Shown here piece after piece: positions 56,676-64,000 of a stretch of 64,000 nucleotides of DNA (its first letter is position 1; every line of letters begins with the position of its first letter). Under the pieces are notes generated by a model that saw only the letters and a list, made by a program, of their open reading frames with translations, had not been told where the DNA came from and ran no database searches. Both the position numbers and the translations under genes were made by a program. This DNA is from an uncultured Acidobacteriota bacterium (GTDB taxonomy: Bacteria; Acidobacteriota; Thermoanaerobaculia; Multivoradales; SZUA-115), in NCBI GenBank assembly GCA_963805975.1, contig CAWDVR010000003.1, positions 864,001 to 928,000 of the forward strand, in the 5' to 3' direction.

Positions 56676-58820
56676 TCAGCTCGCAACCTTGCGAGCGAGA
56701 ACCCGCGAGCGCAAGCCCCTCACCAGGCGGGCCATGCCGCGCCGGAACCACCGCCCCTCGAGCGCGTCCCGCATGTTGGCGCAGTCGGCGTGCATCTGTC
56801 GCAGATAGGGGTACGGTTCGGTGGGCAAAGTCCCTTCGACCAGCGGGAAATGGTTGCCGGTCAAGATGCTCTGCGTGCGGCCGTCCATGTAGCAGACGGT
56901 GAAGGCGCGGCGCGGCGCGGGGGTCGGGTTCACGCCCGAGCGATGGATCAGCCAGTTGTGGAGCAGCACGGCATGGCCTTCCTCGACCTCGAGGTGGCGG
57001 ACGCGCTCGGCGGGGCAGTGGCGTTCCACGTCCTCCGGCTGCACCGTGCTGCCGTAGGTGGAGAGCAGCCCCAGGCGGTGCGACCCCGGGATCACCTGGA
57101 GGCAGCCGTTGGCCTGGGTCGCGGGGTCGAGCGCAACCCAGACGGTGACCAGCGGGTCGCGGTCGAGGGCCCAGACGGCGCCGCCGTCCTGGTGCCAGGG
57201 AAGCACGGTGCCCTGGCCCGCCGGCTTGTTCATGACCATGGCGCGAAAGATCGAGATCGGGGCATGCGCGCCGTACGCGTGTGCGCAGATCTCCCGGCAG
57301 AGAGGGTGCCGGACCAGGCGTGAGTAGTGCTCGTCGGTCTCGAGCCCCTGGATCTTGCGGTAGAGCATCGTGGGGCGCTCGAAGCTGCGGACGGCTTGCG
57401 GCAGCTCTTCGTAGACCCCTCCGGTGTCGAGCTGCATCTGCACGGCCGGGTTCTCGACGGCGCCCATCGCCAGGTCGTCGGCCCGCTGGCGGAGCTGCTC
57501 CAGCTCTGCCGGCTCCAGCAGCTTCCCGAGGTTCAGAAAGCCGTCACGCAAATATTGGTGCCACTGCTCTTCAGTCACCACCTTGCTCACCTCCGGCATG
57601 CGCTCTTCTTCGTAACGGGCGGCCTGGCCGGCGGGGTCGGCCGATCCCTCGCTGCCAGCCTGCCCCACGAGGGATGGTAGATCAGGCTCCTCGCCAGATT
57701 CGTCGTCAGGCTCATCGTGCCAGCCGAGCAGCGCTTGCAGGCGCCGCCATCTTTGCGCGTCCTCGACCACCAGCCGCTCGCGGGCCCGGATCATCGTGGC
57801 CCTCACCTCGTCGCGCCGGCTCCAGAGATCGCGGCAACCCGCCAACAGGCCCCCGCTCGAGGCGGCCGGCAGGGAGAGGCACCAGGGCTCCATCCCGACC
57901 TGCGCGAGGGCGCCCTGGAGCTTGATCCGCGTGTAGTCGTCGCGATAGAGCCCCAGGCACGGAACGGAGCCGGCGGTGCCGAACACCAGCGGGTGATAGC
58001 GCGACGACACTACCAGGGCCGCCCGCTGGGTCACCCACGCGGTCGCCGCCGGGGGCATCACGGGCAGGGACCCACAGTCCACACCCTCGGCGAAGAGCAG
58101 CCTGCGCAGCGCCATTCCGGCCTCACCGTCCTCGCTTCCCAGGCCGCCGAGCGGCCCGACATGGGACACGAACACGGGATGCAACCCGCTCTCGGAGGCG
58201 ACCCTCGCGAGCTGCGAGGCCAGCCTGCCGAGCTCGGCATGGGAGCCTGGCACGCCGAACGACGGATCGAGGGTGATGGCGAGAAACGGCTCTTCCAGCT
58301 CGGCGTAGTCGGGGGCCTCCTCCTCGGTCGGCGGGCGCCCCGCGAGCAGGAACGCATCGTCGGCCTGATAGCAGAGCCGCTCCGGCGGCACGCCGAGCTC
58401 CAGCGCCAGCCTCTCCGACGGACGCTCGCGGACTCCCAGGAGCTCGACCTCGGCCAGCGCTGCGGCCAGCGCGGAACGCTCGACGGCTGAGAGCTCGGGC
58501 CCGAGGGTCTGGCCGCCGGTGACGATCGGGAGCTGCCGGCGCCGGGCCTCGCGCATCCACAGGAGCCGCTGGCGAACGAGGTCGGGCCATGAGGAGGAGA
58601 GGTTGCCGCCTCCCGAGATGAACAACCCGCTGGCCCCGGCAAGCACCGCCCCACAGAGCTCTTCCTCGCCGGCGGCCGGACGGCGCCCGATCACCGTCAT
58701 CTGGCCGCCCGGGTGGTGCCGGCGGAGGGTCTCGAGGTTGGCCTCGAGCATGGCCTCGTCCCCGACGTGGAACGGCCTGGCGCCGACGTCCGCCACGATC
58801 ACCAAGGAGGCTTGCGGCAT
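56676..58820 (-). CDS. Fusion of polysaccharide pyruvyltransferase and phytanoyl-CoA dioxygenase (PhyH) domains
   Basis: N-terminal HVGDEAM, ISGGGN, GVRE and SSRYH. C-terminal WHQD, WVALD..ANGCLQVIPGSH and HRSG.N....RR. Confidence 0.82.
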   Translation of the reverse strand: MPQASLVIVADVGARPFHVGDEAMLEANLETLRRHHPGGQMTVIGRRPAAGEEELCGAVLAGASGLFISGGGNLSSSWPDLVRQRLLWMREARRRQLPIVTGGQTLGPELSAVERSALAAALAEVELLGVRERPSERLALELGVPPERLCYQADDAFLLAGRPPTEEEAPDYAELEEPFLAITLDPSFGVPGSHAELGRLASQLARVASESGLHPVFVSHVGPLGGLGSEDGEAGMALRRLLFAEGVDCGSLPVMPPAATAWVTQRAALVVSSRYHPLVFGTAGSVPCLGLYRDDYTRIKLQGALAQVGMEPWCLSLPAASSGGLLAGCRDLWSRRDEVRATMIRARERLVVEDAQRWRRLQALLGWHDEPDDESGEEPDLPSLVGQAGSEGSADPAGQAARYEEERMPEVSKVVTEEQWHQYLRDGFLNLGKLLEPAELEQLRQRADDLAMGAVENPAVQMQLDTGGVYEELPQAVRSFERPTMLYRKIQGLETDEHYSRLVRHPLCREICAHAYGAHAPISIFRAMVMNKPAGQGTVLPWHQDGGAVWALDRDPLVTVWVALDPATQANGCLQVIPGSHRLGLLSTYGSTVQPEDVERHCPAERVRHLEVEEGHAVLLHNWLIHRSGVNPTPAPRRAFTVCYMDGRTQSILTGNHFPLVEGTLPTEPYPYLRQMHADCANMRDALEGRWFRRGMARLVRGLRSRVLARKVAS

Positions 58821-58884
58821 GGAGGCGGAAGTTTATACGCCGAGGCGCGAGAACCTCGCCGGGGCTCCTGCGTACCTGAGCACC

Positions 58885-59391
58885 ATGAGAAAGTCTGGCA
58901 GTCTCGGGCGCCCGTTCATCGTTTCTCTGCTAAGCCGCTTCGCCTGGTGGGCCTTCTGCGCCGGCCTGGCGATCGGCGCACCCGGCGGGCGTCTCCATGC
59001 CGCGGAGGCCCCCCGGCCGGCGCCGCCGAGTGTCGAGCTGCCGCGCGAGCTGGCCCGTGTGCTGACGGACTACGAAGCTGCCTGGCAGAGCCGCGACGCG
59101 GCGGCCTTGGCCCAGCTCTTTGCCGAGGATGGGTTCGTGCTCTCGAGTGGTGCTCCGCCGGTGCGCGGCCGGTCCGCCATCCAAGAGCACTACGCCGGCG
59201 CCGGCGGCGCATTGGCCCTGCGAGCCCTGGCGTTTGCGACCTCGGGCGACCTGGGCTACATCGTCGGCGGCTACGGGCGCCGAGCCGGCGAGCCGGACAT
59301 CGGCAAGTTCACCCTCACTTTGAAGAAGGGCGCCGACGGCCGCTGGCTCATCTTTTCGGACATGGACAACGGCAACCAGCGGGACCGCTGA
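58885..59391 (+). CDS. Exported NTF2-like (DUF4440/SnoaL) protein
   Basis: Signal peptide, DAAALAQLFAEDG, PVRGR.AI, GKF...DGRWLI..D. Confidence 0.8.
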   Translation: MRKSGSLGRPFIVSLLSRFAWWAFCAGLAIGAPGGRLHAAEAPRPAPPSVELPRELARVLTDYEAAWQSRDAAALAQLFAEDGFVLSSGAPPVRGRSAIQEHYAGAGGALALRALAFATSGDLGYIVGGYGRRAGEPDIGKFTLTLKKGADGRWLIFSDMDNGNQRDR

Positions 59392-59482
59392 AGCTGCTTT
59401 GCCGCTCCATAGAGGCTCGAGCATCACCTGCTCGCGGGCTCTATCGAGGAGGCCTGCAGCCCTGGACTGGTATGCCGGATTG

Positions 59483-59504
59483 CATTATGCTGTTCGGCAT
59501 AATG
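59483..59504. promoter_or_regulatory. Perfect inverted repeat overlapping the ATPase start codon (putative operator)
   Basis: CATTATGC-tgttcg-GCATAATG in an AT-rich patch; no RBS evident. Confidence 0.45.
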
Positions 59505-60980
59505 TTGTTCGTCAATCGTCAGGAAGAGCTGCTCCGACTGGACCGCTTCGCGGCGCGCGAGGAAGGTGGGCTGGCCGTTCTCTACGGCCGGCGGCGGGTG
59601 GGGAAGACCCGCCTCCTGCTCGAGTGGGCGAGCCGGCACGACGGGCTCTACACCGTTGCCGATCAGTCGGCACCCGAGCTTCAGCGGCGTTACTTCGCCG
59701 AGGCCGTCTCGGGCCGGCTTCCGGGTTTCGCGGAGGTCGAGTATCGAGACTGGCGGAGCTTGTTCTCCCGCCTGGCGCGGGAGGCGCAGCTTGCAGACTG
59801 GCGTGGGCCGCTGATCTTCGACGAGCTACCCTACCTCGCTCTCGCCTCGCCTGAGCTGCCGAGCGTCCTCCAACGCTGGATCGACCACGAGGCGCGGGCA
59901 GCACGGTTGAAGGTGGCAGTCGCCGGGTCCAGCCAGCGCATGATGCAGGGCCTGGTGCTCGACCGGCAGGCCCCTCTCTTCGGCCGTGCGCAGGAGATCT
60001 TCGAGGTCCAACCGCTGGCACCGCGGGTCCTGCCGCAGGCGTTTCCTGGCAGTTGGGGAGCACACTGGGCCGAGCTGTACGCCGCCTGGGGTGGCATTCC
60101 CCGCTACTGGGAGCTGGCGCGGGAGATTCCCGGCGACGTCGCCGCGCAGATCGAGCAGTTGGTGCTCGATCCGCTCGGACCCCTGCACCGCGAGCCCGAC
60201 CGGTTGCTGCTCGAAGAGATCCCTTCGGCTCTCGAGGCCCGGCCATTGCTCGATGCGATCGGCGCGGGGGTCCACCGCGTCTCGGAGATCGCGGGCCGCC
60301 TCGGTCGTCCGGCGACGTCGATGGCCCGGCCTCTGGAGCGGCTTCTCGGTCTCGGCCTGGTGCGCCGAGAGGTGCCGTATGGTGAGAGCGAGAAGGTCAC
60401 CAAGCGGGCGCTCTACAAGATCGAGGACCCCTTCTTCCGCCTCTGGTTCCGTGTCGTGGCTCCCCACCGCGCGCAGCTCGCGAGCGGCACCGGCGAAACC
60501 CGGCGGCAGATCCTGGAGCGATTCTGGGAGGGTCTCCGATCCGAAGCTTGGGAAGAGCTTTGCCGCAAGAGCCTGCCGGTGTTGACCGCGGGCAGCGCCA
60601 TCGCCGGCCTCGGTCCGTGGGGCACGGCCTCTCGCTGGTGGCAGGGTGGTCTTCCGGAGTGGGACGTGGTGAGCGAGTCCCTCGACGGCAAACGGCTCCT
60701 CTTGGGCGAGGTCAAGTGGAGTGCCGAGCCTTTCGATCGGAAGAAGCTGGAGGCGGTCGGTCGTGAGCTGGCGGCCAAGCCCGAGCCACCACTGCCGCCC
60801 CGATTTCTCCGGCACTCCACGGTCCGGGCGCTCTTCGTGCCCGAGGTCGCGCCACGCTCCCAGGCCCTGCTCGCGCGGCATGGCGGTCCGATCGTCGTGA
60901 CGGCGGACGATCTGCTCGGCTCTGCCAAGCAGGGCACCGCGGTCAGCACCCGCAGTCGAGCCGCGCGGCGGCGATCGTAG
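59502..60980 (+). CDS. 'Archaeal-type' ATPase with HTH and DUF234-like C-terminal domain
   Basis: FVNRQEEL, YGRRRVGKT, IFDELPYL, GGIPRY, DPFFRLWF, GEVKW. Confidence 0.88.
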   Translation: MLFVNRQEELLRLDRFAAREEGGLAVLYGRRRVGKTRLLLEWASRHDGLYTVADQSAPELQRRYFAEAVSGRLPGFAEVEYRDWRSLFSRLAREAQLADWRGPLIFDELPYLALASPELPSVLQRWIDHEARAARLKVAVAGSSQRMMQGLVLDRQAPLFGRAQEIFEVQPLAPRVLPQAFPGSWGAHWAELYAAWGGIPRYWELAREIPGDVAAQIEQLVLDPLGPLHREPDRLLLEEIPSALEARPLLDAIGAGVHRVSEIAGRLGRPATSMARPLERLLGLGLVRREVPYGESEKVTKRALYKIEDPFFRLWFRVVAPHRAQLASGTGETRRQILERFWEGLRSEAWEELCRKSLPVLTAGSAIAGLGPWGTASRWWQGGLPEWDVVSESLDGKRLLLGEVKWSAEPFDRKKLEAVGRELAAKPEPPLPPRFLRHSTVRALFVPEVAPRSQALLARHGGPIVVTADDLLGSAKQGTAVSTRSRAARRRS

Positions 60981-62982
60981 TAGTGCCCACCTCCCACAGC
61001 TCGTACCCTCGGCATCGGCTCAGGAGCCGCAGCGCCCCCGAGGTGCCAGCCGACTCGGGCTGTGCGCCGCCGATGCTGCCGGCCGGGGCCAGCAGCAGCT
61101 CGGCATCCATGGCCCGGAGCTCGGCGGCGAGAGCTGCGGGATCGCCGAGCAGCGGTGCGACGCGCGCGAAGCGGTAGGGTCCGTTCCAGTCTCCCAGGAG
61201 CCTGCCCGGCGAGTAGTGCTGGAGCTGCTCGGTGCCGATGCCGTAGACCGTGATGCCGGGCCCCAGGGTGCGGCCGGCGCAGGCCAGGAGCGCGTGGCCG
61301 GGGAGCCAGCGGTCGAGGTAGCGCTGGCGCGCCGCCTCGCTCGCCGGCGGCAGGCCCCGCTTCGCCACCCGTAGCGCACCGAAGGCCCAGGCGGGTGCGA
61401 GCAGCACCGCGATCAGCAGAACCAGCACCGAGCGCAGTCGCCTCGGGGTCCACCGTGCAGCCCAGCCGGAAGCCGTCACCGCCACCCGCGCCAGGGCCGG
61501 CGCGGCGAGCACGGCCATCAACGCCGCGGCCGGAGCCAGGTAGCGCGCGTCGCGCACGTGAGCGAGCCAGAGCGTGAGATAGATGCAGGCCGGCGCCGCC
61601 AGCCGGCGGGTTTCGCGGCGGGCGAGCCCGAGCGCCGCGGCCACGGGCAGCAGCAGCGCCGCGAAGGGAGACAGCGGGGGCACGCTCCGCGGGCGCAGCG
61701 AGTCCTCGAGCAGCAGGAGCGGCGAGCGCAGGAGGTCCCAGGCCAGCGTCGTCAGACCACGGAGCGCCGGGCCCCACCCCGGCCAGGTGGGCTCGGCCAA
61801 GCTCCAGCCCTGCGGCCCATGCAGGCCGTCGACGAGCCCGGCCGGCGCGCTCCAGGGACTGTTGCCGAACACGGCGCCGAGGAAAGGAAAGACCGGGTTG
61901 CCGGTGGCCAGGGCGTTGCGCAGATACCAGGGGCAGGCCGTCAGGAGAGCGGCTGCGGCCAGCGCTGCCGCCGCGGCCGGCCGCCGCTCGCGCCAGGCCG
62001 ACCAGGCACCCAGGAGCACGACCATGCCGAGGAAGAACAGGCCGTGGTACTTGACCGCCGCCGCCGCTCCCGCCAGGCCGCCGGCAAGGGCCAGCCAGCC
62101 GGCCAGAGAGGCCTCATGCCTGCCGCCGCGATTCGTTCTCGCGAGGTCCAGCGCCCAGAACGCGCCGGCGACGAAGAGGGCGAGGGCAAGGTCCACGTAG
62201 GCCGTGCTTCCCAGCCACACGAGGAGCGGGCAGCCCAGGAGCAGGGCCGTCGCCAGCGCGGCCGACTGCGCGCCGGCGTGCCGGCGCGCCCAGAGCGTCA
62301 CCACAGCGGCCAGCAGCAGGAGCTGGGCGGTGGAGAGCAGATGGACACTGGTCTCGCCTCCTCCCAGGGCCAGGAGCACCGCCATCAGGATCTCCTGGAA
62401 CAGGGGGAAGACAGGGAACCGCAGGTGGGGCTCGAAGATGGGGCCGCCGTGCGCTACCAGGCTCTCGGCGAGCGGCAGGTGGTACATGGTGTCGTCGAAG
62501 GCGGCCGGCGGATAGGCCGCGAGCAGCAGGACCACCGGCAGCGCACCGAGCCAGGGCAGCGCGCCGGTCAGGAATGGATTCCCGCTTGCGCAGGAAGGAC
62601 GACTGGATCCTGGGTGGAACGGTAGAAAGCCCTCGCCGGCTCCCGGCTGGTCATTTCCGCGAAAGCGGGAATCCAAAGGCTCGTGGACCGGAACCTCTGC
62701 CTCGAGCCTCGGGCGGCGTAGCACGGGATACCAGGCGGCCTGCGCGAGCACCAGGACAGCCAGGACGCGCGGCCGGTCGAACCCTCCCGCCAGCGCCAGC
62801 AGCCCGAGGAGGGTTCCGAGAGCCGCCAGGCCGGCGATCAGCGCCAGCACCCGGCGCTCGCTGCTGCCCAGGCCGGGCAGCTTTCCGACCAGGGCCAGCC
62901 CGGGCCCGAGGCAAGAGGCGACCAGCAGCAGGACCCGCAACCCATCGAGGGCGAAAGAGGCGAGGAGCGAGAGGAGGGGCAC
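60943..62982 (-). CDS. GT-C fold membrane glycosyltransferase (ArnT/PMT-like)
   Basis: DDTMYHL, AYVD, KYHG, PWYLRN...GNPVFP and RYLAP motifs; many TM helices. Confidence 0.8.
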   Translation of the reverse strand: MPLLSLLASFALDGLRVLLLVASCLGPGLALVGKLPGLGSSERRVLALIAGLAALGTLLGLLALAGGFDRPRVLAVLVLAQAAWYPVLRRPRLEAEVPVHEPLDSRFRGNDQPGAGEGFLPFHPGSSRPSCASGNPFLTGALPWLGALPVVLLLAAYPPAAFDDTMYHLPLAESLVAHGGPIFEPHLRFPVFPLFQEILMAVLLALGGGETSVHLLSTAQLLLLAAVVTLWARRHAGAQSAALATALLLGCPLLVWLGSTAYVDLALALFVAGAFWALDLARTNRGGRHEASLAGWLALAGGLAGAAAAVKYHGLFFLGMVVLLGAWSAWRERRPAAAAALAAAALLTACPWYLRNALATGNPVFPFLGAVFGNSPWSAPAGLVDGLHGPQGWSLAEPTWPGWGPALRGLTTLAWDLLRSPLLLLEDSLRPRSVPPLSPFAALLLPVAAALGLARRETRRLAAPACIYLTLWLAHVRDARYLAPAAALMAVLAAPALARVAVTASGWAARWTPRRLRSVLVLLIAVLLAPAWAFGALRVAKRGLPPASEAARQRYLDRWLPGHALLACAGRTLGPGITVYGIGTEQLQHYSPGRLLGDWNGPYRFARVAPLLGDPAALAAELRAMDAELLLAPAGSIGGAQPESAGTSGALRLLSRCRGYELWEVGTTTIAAARLDCGC
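62575..62675. repeat. dRS3-like (GGATTCCCGC...GCGGGAATCC) REP doublet inserted in frame in the glycosyltransferase
   Basis: TGGATTCCCGCTTGCGCAGGAAGGAC ... GTCATTTCCGCGAAAGCGGGAATCCA, encoding LDSRFRGND...SCASGNP. Confidence 0.8.
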
Positions 62983-63165
62983 TCCGGAAGCCTACCAGGC
63001 GGTCTTTTCTTGAGCCCTTGCTTGGCAGGTTTCGGTGGCGCCCTCCGAACCCTGAGCGCGATCCTGCCGAGATGCCAGTTTCGCGGCCGGCACGAGCTGG
63101 TGGTGCACTCGAAAGGCCGCGCAAATAGTGGTTCCACTGGACGCGCTCGAAGCTATGATCCCCGC

Positions 63166-64000
63166 ATGGACCCAGAGCAGAGCGACACCGCGCGCGCGCC
63201 GCGGCTCCGGCCGAAGGCTGCGCCTCCGAAGGCCCCTCGAAAGGCGGCCACCGGCAAGACGAACGGCGCCCTCAACCCTGGGGAGCAACCGGTTCCCGTG
63301 TCCGGCCCCTCTCTCAACGTTCTCCTGCAATCTCTGCAACGGATGAGCGACGGAGACTTCTCGGTGCGCCTGCCCGGAGACTGGGTAGGCCTCGAAGGCA
63401 AGATCGCCGACACCTTCAACGAGATCGTCGCCGCCAACCAGCGCATCGCCCAGGAGCTCTCCCGGGTGGGCCAAGTGGTGGGCAAGCAGGGCGAGACCCG
63501 CGAGCGCACCCGCTTCGGGCGCGCCGGCGGCGCGTGGGGAGAGATGGAGGTCTCGGTCAACTCCCTGATCGACGACCTGCTGCGGCCGACCACCGAGGTC
63601 ACCCGCGCCATCTCGGCCGTGGCCCAGGGCGACCTGCTGCAGACCGTGCGCACCGACGTGGACGGCCGGCCGCTCGAAGGCGAGTTCCTGCGCTCGGCGA
63701 TGATCGTCAACACCATGATCCAGCAGCTCCGCGTCTTCACGTCTGAGGTGACGCGCGTGGCGCGCGAGGTGGGCAGCGACGGCAAGCTCGGCGGCCAGGC
63801 CCAGGTGCGGGACGTGTCCGGCGTGTGGAAGGACTTGACGGAGAGCGTCAACTCGATGGCCAACAACCTCACCGCCCAGGTGAGAAACATCGCCGACGTG
63901 ACCATCGCCGTGGCCTCCGGCGACCTGTCGAAGAAGATCACGGTCGACGTGCGGGGCGAGATCCTGCAGCTCAAGGAAGCCATCAACACGATGGTCGATC
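63166..64000 (+). CDS. Poly-HAMP domain sensor histidine kinase (N-terminal part, truncated by the window edge)
   Basis: Manual translation: [67 protein letters not shown]. Confidence 0.9.
   Translation, partial: MDPEQSDTARAPRLRPKAAPPKAPRKAATGKTNGALNPGEQPVPVSGPSLNVLLQSLQRMSDGDFSVRLPGDWVGLEGKIADTFNEIVAANQRIAQELSRVGQVVGKQGETRERTRFGRAGGAWGEMEVSVNSLIDDLLRPTTEVTRAISAVAQGDLLQTVRTDVDGRPLEGEFLRSAMIVNTMIQQLRVFTSEVTRVAREVGSDGKLGGQAQVRDVSGVWKDLTESVNSMANNLTAQVRNIADVTIAVASGDLSKKITVDVRGEILQLKEAINTMVD

Overview
A very GC-rich bacterial window. The host is probably Acidobacteriota/Thermoanaerobaculia, inferred from C-terminal 'IFADGFETGxTSAW' tails and the gene families present. Layout: (1) 1-8.3 kb holds a chimeric sigma/anti-sigma-like ORF, a membrane polyferredoxin-TPR protein coupled to two paralogous secreted Cys-rich proteins, a sugar nucleotidyltransferase + sugar kinase pair and a histone-like protein. 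(2) A tRNA-His(GUG) with atypical G1:U72/A73 identity bases is followed by a decayed recombinase tail and about 9 kb of island-like genes and gene fragments. (3) 18-25.6 kb holds the DUF3604/PpiC/HupE-UreJ triad, a metallophosphoesterase, an XRE regulator operon and a secreted Cys-rich peptide. (4) 25.8-56.0 kb is an approximately 30 kb contractile injection system (eCIS, Afp/PVC-like) with sheath, tube, Pvc16-like cap, AAA+ ATPase, LysM, split VgrG, gp25, two baseplate-J proteins, a tail protein and a DUF6519 beta-helix fibre. Its central cargo cassette is unusual: two DUF4157 effectors whose variable C-termini both begin at a conserved 'SGLRL[Q/S]RC' cysteine, a third cargo protein sharing an N-terminal leader, candidate immunity genes, a divergent Lgt-like diacylglyceryl transferase and a SAM methyltransferase. 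This is the best candidate for an undescribed system (effector lipidation or modification, or membrane anchoring of a CIS). (5) A DUF559 nuclease gene is framed by BoxC-like palindromic doublets, and copies of the same doublet have invaded an eCIS gene, resembling a RAYT/REPIN arrangement with a different enzyme. Two further palindrome families sit in frame inside ORFs. (6) 56.7-64 kb holds a pyruvyltransferase-PhyH fusion, an NTF2-like protein, an ATPase/DUF234 protein, a GT-C glycosyltransferase and the start of a poly-HAMP kinase. All calls come from motif recognition by eye; no database searches were run.
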